Source of the DNA: Candidatus Peregrinibacteria bacterium
GTDB taxonomy: Bacteria; Patescibacteriota; Gracilibacteria; UBA1369; PNNO01
Direction of reading: 5' to 3'
DNA length: 32,000 nt
Assembly (NCBI GenBank): GCA_014728955.1
Contig: WJKT01000042.1
Span: 6,211-38,210 of the forward strand
Positions 25,296-32,000 of the stretch are shown here, in pieces. The notes under the pieces are model-generated. The model was not told where the DNA came from, did not search any database, and was given only the letters and a program-made list of their open reading frames with translations. Numbering within the stretch: the stretch's first letter is position 1; the number at the start of each line of letters is the position of its first letter. The position numbers and the translations under genes are program-made.

Positions 25296-25505
25296 TGTCT
25301 AGTTGTTTGACTTTCTTGCTATTATTATACCATATATTAGCATTTCAGTAAACCAAGTTGGCATTGAAATATGTTGCACAGATTTAAGAGAGAAATGTCA
25401 ACTTGAATTTTATGAATTACATAGAAACTTCTTGATTCGTCAAATTTAGCACTGTATCTTGCAGAGTGCTAAAAGCAAAACCCGTTATTCTTAACAAAAC
25501 AGCTT

Positions 25506-25898
25506 ATGGCAGAAGAAAATCCTATTCTTTCAATCGGACCTGATGGCGTAAAAATAAATACTACAGAGGGATCCTCGCTAAAAACCAATACCACCAATAC
25601 TATTATGGAAGGGGTTGAACAATATAGTTCTGGTGGTGAGATCTCTCATAAGGCAACTGATACCCTAGTCCAAAAGGACAACGAAATGAGTGTTTCAGGA
25701 AGTGGAAAGATAACGAACCAGGGGAGTGTTCTTTATCAAGAGGGAAATATAATGAAGGCAACTGATAATGGAGAAATATCAAATATAGTTGGTAATGGTA
25801 CTATCGTACTGAGTGTTGTTCTTATTCTTAGTATTTTAGCAGATGTTGCAACTCTTTTAACTACAGGAAAGCATTTTTGGCAGTTATTCAATGCTTAG
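25506..25898 (+). CDS. Tail-anchored protein, 130 aa, Thr/Ser/Asn/Gly-rich soluble part and one C-terminal TM
   Basis: ORF with the C-terminal hydrophobic segment GTIVLSVVLILSILADVATLLT. No family recognised. Confidence 0.45.
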   Translation: MAEENPILSIGPDGVKINTTEGSSLKTNTTNTIMEGVEQYSSGGEISHKATDTLVQKDNEMSVSGSGKITNQGSVLYQEGNIMKATDNGEISNIVGNGTIVLSVVLILSILADVATLLTTGKHFWQLFNA

Positions 25899-25907
25899 TG
25901 CTTCTCT

Positions 25908-25932
25908 AAAAAGCAGAAAGTAAGTATCTGCT
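25908..25932 (-). terminator. Weak hairpin plus T-run downstream of the tRNA
   Basis: AGCAGA (25912-25917) pairs with TCTGCT (25927-25932) across a 9-nt loop. On the minus strand TTTTT follows. The stem is short and AU-rich. Confidence 0.3.
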
Positions 25933-25963
25933 GCAGAATTGAAAAAATATTAGACGTCTATTT

Positions 25964-26039
<76 letters not shown>

Positions 26040-26116
26040 TTTGTAAAAGATCAACAGCGGCATTATACATGGAAAGCCGCTACGGAGTGAATACAAAATA
26101 TAAGAACGTATTGAAT

Positions 26117-26473
26117 TTATTTCTTCGTTTCTTTTGATTCGGTCTTTTTTGATTGTTTCGCCGGAGAAGCTTTCTTCGTTTTCTTTGATGGTGCTTTCGA
26201 AGGTTTTACTTTGCCGGATCGAGCAATAGCTCGTGCTAATTTTGATTTCTTATTGGCAGCATTTTTCTTATGAATGATATTTTTTTTCGCTGCCGTGTCA
26301 ATTACTTTGTATGCCTGCGGCAACGCTTTCTCTGCTTCTTCCTTTTTTCCTTCTTGTGCGGCGGTAAGCACTTTTTTCATATGCGTTTTCATGAGACTAC
26401 GCAACGGATAGTTTCGTTCTTGTCTCTTTTTTGCTTGTTTAACACGTTTTTTTGCTGATTTAATAATTGGCAT
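26117..26473 (-). CDS. rpsT: 30S ribosomal protein S20 with a Lys-rich C-terminal extension
   Basis: MPIIKSAKKRVKQAKKRQERNYPLRSLMKTHMKKV is a typical S20 N-terminus. The extra ~30-aa tail is KVKPSKAPSKKTKKASPAKQSKKTESKETKK. Confidence 0.9.
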   Translation of the reverse strand: MPIIKSAKKRVKQAKKRQERNYPLRSLMKTHMKKVLTAAQEGKKEEAEKALPQAYKVIDTAAKKNIIHKKNAANKKSKLARAIARSGKVKPSKAPSKKTKKASPAKQSKKTESKETKK

Positions 26474-26548
26474 AGTGATGATTTAGTATTGCTTCTACAG
26501 AAATTGCCCATAAAATATAGGTGATACATCCTCTAATGTCAAACCTTT

Positions 26549-27166
26549 ATGAATGCCACTAAGCATCATGGTAAGGAGATTATTTTGGCTTCTGAAAGCA
26601 AACGAAGAATTCAGCTGCTTGAAGGCCTCCGTATACCTTTTAAATCGGTCCCGAGTACTATTATTGAGCCTTCCTTTGATAGCAGTCATCAAAAACCGGC
26701 TGCCTTTGCTATTTCGAATGCCCGTCAAAAAGCCCAGTCGGTTGCAGAAAAACAAGAACGCAGTGTAGTGATTGGAATGGACACAATAGGTGAATATGAA
26801 GGACGCGTATTCGAAAAACCTCGTGATAGAGCTCATGCTCGGGAAATGATCCGCTTGTTGAGCGGAACAACCCACCACGTTATTACGGGTATAGCCATTA
26901 TTGACAGTGATTCCGGGCAATCGGTTGAAGCTGCGGAAACGACAACCGTGACCTTTAACAGTCTTTCCGGAAATGAAATTGAAAGCTATCTTGATTTTGG
27001 AGAATGGCGAGGGCTTGCCTGCGGATATGGTATTCAGGGAATCGGGGCACTGTTTATCGAAAAAGTTGAAGGTGATTATTTTAATGTGGTTGGTTTTCCT
27101 CTTCATCGTTTTTATCATCTGATGAAAGAAATGGGATTGGATATACTTAAAATAATGGGGGAGTGA
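26549..27166 (+). CDS. maf: Maf-like nucleoside triphosphate pyrophosphatase
   Basis: IILASESKRRIQLLEGLRIPF, VIGMDTIGEYEGRVFEKPRDRAHAREMIRLLSGTTHHVITG and AYGIQG motifs. Confidence 0.85.
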   Translation: MNATKHHGKEIILASESKRRIQLLEGLRIPFKSVPSTIIEPSFDSSHQKPAAFAISNARQKAQSVAEKQERSVVIGMDTIGEYEGRVFEKPRDRAHAREMIRLLSGTTHHVITGIAIIDSDSGQSVEAAETTTVTFNSLSGNEIESYLDFGEWRGLACGYGIQGIGALFIEKVEGDYFNVVGFPLHRFYHLMKEMGLDILKIMGE

Positions 27167-27233
27167 ATTTTAATCTGGTAAAAACCCTTTAAATAAGGTA
27201 AAATAAAAGGGAAATAAAAATAAAAGTATCGAT

Positions 27234-27644
27234 ATGAATGCTCATAAGATTGTAACGTTTATCAAATACACATTGGTGGCAACCGTGGGGCTGACCTGCG
27301 ACATGACAACACTCTTTATGTTGGTTGAATATGCTCATTTTCCCATCTTGCTCGCTACCGCGCTAGCTTTTATGGTCGCGGTAATTGTCAACTTTAATCT
27401 GCATAAACGATGGACCTTCCATGATACGTCACATAATTTGAAAAGACAGTTTACCGCCTTTTTTGTTATTTCGATAATGAACTTTGTACTAACGCTTGTA
27501 TTTATGTTTATTTTTGTCGATCTTGTGCATCTTTGGTATGTACTGGCAAAAATTATTACAGCAACGCTCGTTCTTATTTTCAGTTATATCATGAATCGGT
27601 TATGGACGTTTAAAAAGATACATGTAAAGGGGAAGACCTTTTAA
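27234..27644 (+). CDS. GtrA-family membrane protein
   Basis: 136 aa, 4 TM, with IKYTLVATVGLTCDMTTLFMLVEY and two copies of the family-typical (H/N)(K/R)(R/L)WTF motif. Confidence 0.8.
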   Translation: MNAHKIVTFIKYTLVATVGLTCDMTTLFMLVEYAHFPILLATALAFMVAVIVNFNLHKRWTFHDTSHNLKRQFTAFFVISIMNFVLTLVFMFIFVDLVHLWYVLAKIITATLVLIFSYIMNRLWTFKKIHVKGKTF

Positions 27645-27723
27645 GATAAACGTTTCCCCCATACGTTAATTCCTAATAGGCTTCGTGTTTAGAAGTTTTT
27701 TTGTGTGCACGCAACATTAACCC

Positions 27724-27756
27724 TTGACAAAAACAAGCGATGTAGTTATAATCGCT
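27724..27756 (+). promoter_or_regulatory. Consensus sigma70-type promoter, with a palindrome over the -10 element, upstream of the surface-protein gene
   Basis: TTGACA (27724-27729), 17 nt, TATAAT (27747-27752), which is a perfect consensus, about 100 nt upstream of the ATG at 27852. AGCGAT (27736-27741) and ATCGCT (27751-27756) form an inverted repeat bracketing the -10. Confidence 0.55.
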
Positions 27757-27851
27757 TCTAAACTTTGTAATGTCATGCGCCCTTTCTCTTTATAAAGAAC
27801 AGAAACACCATTAATATATGTACAATTTTTACACATTTAAACCCTTTATGT

Positions 27852-30800
27852 ATGTATAAGACAGCACAAATCTTCAAACGCACGGCGGCAACGTTGATGG
27901 TTATGTCGCTTGCGTTGACGCTTTTTGTTGCAAACATCGCTTCGGTAAAAGCTGATGTTGCGGCAATTGATAGCTTTGAAGTTGTTCAAAGCTCTTTTAA
28001 TCCGTCAGAACAATCGGCGGAAATTAATTTTTCCCTTAATACATCGGGAAAAGTCGGTTTGGAAATCCACGAAGGCAGCAATCCTATTAAAACGCTTGCA
28101 ATGCGTCAGGATGTAACTGCGGGAAGCCACACGTATTATTGGGATGGTACCAATGATAGTGGCACGCAGGTTGCCGAAGGAACGTATAAAGCACAACTAC
28201 TTTTCTATGGTAGTGATTTTGCTTTATTTGCCGATGATACTGTAACTGTAGATTTTGGTGGAGGTACAACCCCTCAACCAACCAATGTGATTACCAATGA
28301 TTACGCCTATCCTCAACAATTTGATCCTCGCTTGGAAACAACCAAGATTTATTTCACTCTTAACGATTCTGTTGAAGAGTTAGCGGTGGAAATTGAGAAA
28401 AACGGATCACATGTTGTTACTTTAATGAGTAATCAAAGTAAGTCATCAGGAACATATTATGTGATATGGAATGGTAGAAACAAGCATAATGTGACTGTTG
28501 GTGAAGGTGAATATCGTTATGTAATAAGTGCAACCGGAGATTTCGGCAGCGATGTTGAATATGGGTATATTGCCTCAAATTATGGTAGCGAGATTGGCAT
28601 AGAGCCTAATGTTACAAACGACTATGTTTCACCATCTACCTTTGATCCGCAAGATGAGGATACTCGAGTATTTTATACCCTAAATACCGGGGCGGATGTA
28701 ACCGTTGAAATTTACGACGGGTCAATGCTTGTTGATATTTTGTCCGATCATGAAGATGAAAATTCGGGAACGCATTCCGTAATATGGGATGGGCGAAATC
28801 TTAACGGCGATCTTATGTCGGAGGATACCTATACCTATAAAGTATATGCGGAAAATGCATGGGGAGATGATATGGAAGAAGGATCGGTTACTGTTGATTA
28901 CGAATCAAACAACAATACCGTTGTAACACCGGATGTTACCAATACCTATGCTTCTCCGGATGAATTTGATCCGACTGAAGAAGATACTACTATTACCTAT
29001 ACCTTAAATACATGCGCTTATATAACGGCAAAAGTATATAAGAAATCAAATAATGCATATGTAACAACATTGGAAGAAATTGATTATCAATGTGAAGGAA
29101 ATCATTCATTAACATGGGATGGACGCGATGATGATCATGATATTGTAGAGAATGGTCAATATACTATTGAAATAAGTGCTCAAAACAGTAAAGGATCTGA
29201 TGAAGAAGATGATGAAGTGACTGTTGATGACCCGGATGCAGATGATGATACTGGAGACGCTCCAAATGTATATGATATGGAGGTTGATCCGGAAGAATTT
29301 GACCCATATGACACAACAACAACGCTTTCATTCAGACTTGATGAATGTGCCGATACAACTGTTCGCGTATATGATGAAGACGATGATCTCGTTAACGAAT
29401 TACGTGATGAAGTGTATTGGTGTAGTGGAGAACACGATGTCGTATGGGACGGTGAAGATGAAGATAATGATGAAGTTGAGGAAGGAGACTATTACTTTAA
29501 AGTCATTGCTGAAAATGAAGATGGCGACGATACCGAGGAAATCTGGGTAGAAGTCGATTATGATGCAGATGATGATGCAGATGAAGATCCAAAAATTACA
29601 GATGTTGATGTTGATCCGGAAGAATTCGATCCATATGAAGAAGAAGCTGAGCTTAGCTTTGAATTAAACACCTGTGCTGAAGTTACCATCGAAGTACGTG
29701 ATGATGATAACGATCTTGTTTATGAAGTGATTGATGACAAATGGCTTTGTGAAGGAGATCACGATTATGACTGGGACGGAGAAGATGAAGATAACGATTA
29801 TGTAAGACAAGATGATTATGAGTTCTATATAAGAGCTGAAAATAGTTATGGAACCGATACCGAGCGTGCCGATGTGGAAGTTGATTATAATGGGCACACG
29901 GTAGATGAAGAAGAACGATGTGCGGGATACCTCGATGTGAGTGCCAACGATCCTTATTGTGAAGCAATTGAATATGTAAAAGGTTCCGGCATTTTCGACG
30001 GATATCCTGATGGTTATTTCCGTCCATACCAGGCAATTAATCGTGCAGAAACAACAAAAGTGATTGTACGAGCATTTAATTATCCTGAACTGCCTGCCGA
30101 TGGTACAAACCTTGGATTCTGGGATTTATCACCATGGGATTGGTACATGGGATACATTAGAACAGCAAAACAATATGGAATCATTCAAGGATACCCTGAT
30201 GGAAGCTTTAAACCGGCACAAACGGTTAATCGAGTTGAATTATTAAAGATTTTCCTTGAATCGGCTAAGGTTGCGTTACCATCATGTGCGGGACCGTCGT
30301 ATCCTGATACAATGGCAAACGTGTGGTATTCAGACTATGTATGCTATGCAAAAATGCATAACTTGATGGATACCGATTACTACGGGATGTTTAATCCGGC
30401 GAAACCGATGACTCGTGGTGATGTTGCTGAATTGTTCTATCGATATTCCGAACGAAATCTTGGAGATAACAATTATTACGACGATGACTACTATAATGAT
30501 TACGATTCGCCTCGTGTATCAAATGTACGTCTTTCCGACTATGTTGTAGAGGAAGGTGATGGATTCAGAGTGTATTACACGCTTGATGAAGGAGCGGAAG
30601 TAACAATTGAAATCCTCGATGACAATAAAGATGAAATCCGGACTTTGCTTGATGAATTATATCGTTCAAGTGGCGAACATAGTGTTTATTTTGACGGAGA
30701 AGATGACGATGAAGATGAATTATCCGAGGATGAATACTTTGTCCGTATCGAAGCTGAAAACCGAAATGGACGATATAAAGTTGATATCAAATTTGAAGTT

Positions 30801-31121
30801 GATGAAGATGCCGGTGGTGTACGTATTACATCACTTGAATTGTCGGACGATGAATTTGATCCTGATTACGAAGATGTTGAAATCTCATTCCGCATTACTG
30901 AAGATGCTGAAGTTACCGTACGAGTTTACGATGACGATGATGACTTTGTAGCGGAATTATGGGATGACCGTGATCGTGACGAAGGCAACCATGACCTTGA
31001 ATGGGATGGTAGAGATGATGATGACGATCAAGTTTCGGATGGTAATTATACGATCAAAGTTATTGCTGATGATGGTGATGATACCGATACCGACGAGATT
31101 GAAGTAGAAGTTAATAGCTAA
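27852..31121 (+). CDS. Large acidic cell-surface (S-layer-associated) protein: signal peptide, 6 FlgD-Ig-like repeats, 3 SLH domains, 2 more repeats
   Basis: Signal-like N-terminus (AATLMVMSLALTLFVANIASVKA). Eight units of about 105-110 aa have the pattern (F)DP....(I/L)(S/Y)(F/Y).L......(V/I).(V/I)......V..L........G.H...WDG.D..........G.Y. (FlgD Ig-like/FlgD-C type). The SLH motifs are listed in the separate feature. Confidence 0.85.
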   Translation: MYKTAQIFKRTAATLMVMSLALTLFVANIASVKADVAAIDSFEVVQSSFNPSEQSAEINFSLNTSGKVGLEIHEGSNPIKTLAMRQDVTAGSHTYYWDGTNDSGTQVAEGTYKAQLLFYGSDFALFADDTVTVDFGGGTTPQPTNVITNDYAYPQQFDPRLETTKIYFTLNDSVEELAVEIEKNGSHVVTLMSNQSKSSGTYYVIWNGRNKHNVTVGEGEYRYVISATGDFGSDVEYGYIASNYGSEIGIEPNVTNDYVSPSTFDPQDEDTRVFYTLNTGADVTVEIYDGSMLVDILSDHEDENSGTHSVIWDGRNLNGDLMSEDTYTYKVYAENAWGDDMEEGSVTVDYESNNNTVVTPDVTNTYASPDEFDPTEEDTTITYTLNTCAYITAKVYKKSNNAYVTTLEEIDYQCEGNHSLTWDGRDDDHDIVENGQYTIEISAQNSKGSDEEDDEVTVDDPDADDDTGDAPNVYDMEVDPEEFDPYDTTTTLSFRLDECADTTVRVYDEDDDLVNELRDEVYWCSGEHDVVWDGEDEDNDEVEEGDYYFKVIAENEDGDDTEEIWVEVDYDADDDADEDPKITDVDVDPEEFDPYEEEAELSFELNTCAEVTIEVRDDDNDLVYEVIDDKWLCEGDHDYDWDGEDEDNDYVRQDDYEFYIRAENSYGTDTERADVEVDYNGHTVDEEERCAGYLDVSANDPYCEAIEYVKGSGIFDGYPDGYFRPYQAINRAETTKVIVRAFNYPELPADGTNLGFWDLSPWDWYMGYIRTAKQYGIIQGYPDGSFKPAQTVNRVELLKIFLESAKVALPSCAGPSYPDTMANVWYSDYVCYAKMHNLMDTDYYGMFNPAKPMTRGDVAELFYRYSERNLGDNNYYDDDYYNDYDSPRVSNVRLSDYVVEEGDGFRVYYTLDEGAEVTIEILDDNKDEIRTLLDELYRSSGEHSVYFDGEDDDEDELSEDEYFVRIEAENRNGRYKVDIKFEVDEDAGGVRITSLELSDDEFDPDYEDVEISFRITEDAEVTVRVYDDDDDFVAELWDDRDRDEGNHDLEWDGRDDDDDQVSDGNYTIKVIADDGDDTDTDEIEVEVNS
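29259..29900 (+). repeat. Intragenic tandem duplication: two adjacent repeat units with a 327-nt (109-codon) period
   Basis: GTTGATCCGGAAGAATT occurs at 29283 and 29610. TGGGACGG(t/a)GAAGATGAAGATAA(t/c)GAT occurs at 29445 and 29772. Both pairs are offset by exactly 327 nt. Confidence 0.8.
29919..30465 (+). other. Three tandem SLH (S-layer homology) domains in the middle of the 1089-aa protein
   Basis: YLDVSANDPYCEAIEYVKGSGIFDGYPDGYFRPYQAINRAETTKVIVRAF; FWDLSPWDWYMGYIRTAKQYGIIQGYPDGSFKPAQTVNRVELLKIFLESA; YPDTMANVWYSDYVCYAKMHNLMD..GMFNPAKPMTRGDVAELFYRY. Confidence 0.8.
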
Positions 31122-31156
31122 AGACGAAATCGCGAAACAATACGAATATATGGTTG

Positions 31157-31196
31157 AAAGAGCACCTTGTCCCATTGATAAGGTGCTCTTTATTTG
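31157..31196 (+). terminator. Rho-independent terminator after the surface-protein gene
   Basis: A 12-bp perfect stem, AAAGAGCACCTT (31157-31168) with AAGGTGCTCTTT (31180-31191), and an 11-nt loop. The 3' arm ends in TTT and ATTTG follows. Confidence 0.65.
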
Positions 31197-31233
31197 ATAG
31201 AATAGTAAGAAGCATCAATTAAAACAAACAACT

Positions 31234-31485
31234 ATGAAAACGCGAAAAACAGTAGCTCTCGGAGCACTTATCGGTACGGCTTTTGCTCTTATGTTTGCTC
31301 CTCAAAAGGGTGAAAATGTACGTAGAAAGCTTCATAACGAGACACATAATCATCGTATAGACATTCAACCGCTGGGCAGGGGATATGCACAGTTATTTCA
31401 TGAATTTATTCGAGTTATGAAAACGAAATACATTACGATTCGCGGGAAGAACCCGTTTACTGTAACCGCCTTGAAAAAGCAATAA
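31234..31485 (+). CDS. YtxH-domain protein (83 aa)
   Basis: N-terminal LGALIGTAFALMFAPQKGENVRRKL matches the YtxH signature (G..G...G.LFAP.(K/S)G...R). Confidence 0.65.
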   Translation: MKTRKTVALGALIGTAFALMFAPQKGENVRRKLHNETHNHRIDIQPLGRGYAQLFHEFIRVMKTKYITIRGKNPFTVTALKKQ

Positions 31486-31574
31486 ACGAATATGTAGGGG
31501 AGACAAGGCTAAAATCTTGCATATTTTGGAGAGTGATTTATAATTAATTTTGTACTTAAATAACTAATTTTACT

Positions 31575-32000
31575 ATGGGTAAACATCGATCAGGACTATT
31601 ATTGGGAATGATAGCCGGTACGGCACTGGGTATTCTTTTTGCTCCCAAAAAAGGGAAGAAGTTGCGAGAATCAATTAAAAGAGAACGAAGCCAGGGTGGT
31701 TATGGATTGGAAGCGGTTAAGGATGGGTTTGTCGATATGGGTAAGGAGGTTATTCATACTGCAAAAGAAGCGTATGAATCGGAGCCGGTTCAAGAGCAGC
31801 TTGGTAAAGCGAGAGTTGCTGCTGAAGAAATGGCTGAAGAAGGGAAAAAACGAGCGACAAAAGCTGCAAAAAAAGTTGGAAGAAAAGCAAAGACCGCAAC
31901 AAAGAGAACAGCTACAAAAGCTAAGAGAAAAGCTAAAACAACAGCGAAACGCGCTTCTACAAAAGCTCGTAAGTTTACAAAGAAAAAGCTCAAAAAATAA
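31575..32000 (+). CDS. YtxH-domain protein with a Lys/Ala/Thr-rich basic tail (141 aa)
   Basis: GLLLGMIAGTALGILFAPKKGKKLRESI is the YtxH signature. The C-terminal tail is KKVGRKAKTATKRTATKAKRKAKTTAKRASTKARKFTKKKLKK. Stop TAA at 31998-32000. Confidence 0.75.
   Translation: MGKHRSGLLLGMIAGTALGILFAPKKGKKLRESIKRERSQGGYGLEAVKDGFVDMGKEVIHTAKEAYESEPVQEQLGKARVAAEEMAEEGKKRATKAAKKVGRKAKTATKRTATKAKRKAKTTAKRASTKARKFTKKKLKK

Noticed and set aside
26495-27118. 207-aa ORF antisense to maf
   Set aside because: The plus-strand frame carries unmistakable Maf motifs. The antisense product has no motif and an odd composition.
29224-30951. ORFs 29224..29550 (+), 29664..29897 (-), 29683..30036 (-), 30064..30246 (+) and 30607..30951 (+) inside the surface-protein gene
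   Set aside because: They are alternative or antisense frames kept open by the GAT/GAA-rich repeat sequence. Their products are Met/Ile/His-rich nonsense. The main frame has a coherent repeat and SLH architecture.

Overview
AT-rich (roughly 40% GC by eye, not computed), gene-dense bacterial chromosome segment read with the standard code. It has very short intergenic spacers and almost no Shine-Dalgarno motifs. The gene content (form III-like RuBisCO, minimal cytoplasmic [NiFe] hydrogenase, SLH-anchored surface protein, lysine-rich tails on small proteins) suggests a small-genome, CPR/Peregrinibacteria-like organism, but that is inference only. Housekeeping blocks: ddl-ftsA plus a 628-aa bitopic protein (minus strand); BI-1/yceD/rpmF/nusB/rnc/NUDIX/pepA (plus strand); a deaminase, nrnA-like gene, rpsT, maf, gtrA-like gene and tRNA-Met(CAT). 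Accessory content: two secreted repeat proteins (Cys-rich, PKD), a ferredoxin/membrane protein/RuBisCO string divergent from a Fur-family regulator, and a 1089-aa very acidic surface protein with 8 FlgD-Ig-like repeats and 3 central SLH domains. The best candidate for a new system is the minus-strand locus at about 19.1-24.7 kb. It encodes a HypC-domain::HydE radical-SAM fusion, translationally coupled to HydG, followed by a minimal [NiFe] hydrogenase small and large subunit and a PRMT-like methyltransferase. A HycI/HyaD-like maturation protease lies convergent to it. So [FeFe]-type CO/CN maturases and a [NiFe]-type Fe chaperone domain sit in one operon with [NiFe] structural genes, and no HydA, HydF or HypA/B/D/E/F is in the window. 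Other anomalies: a GC-rich small ORF with a strong SD, antisense between ddl and ftsA; and a 1.2-kb AT-rich islet bounded by a 12-bp direct repeat of the tRNA-Met 3' end, with a GC-rich double hairpin just upstream of the hydrogenase operon. No CRISPR array, transposase, integrase or rRNA was seen.
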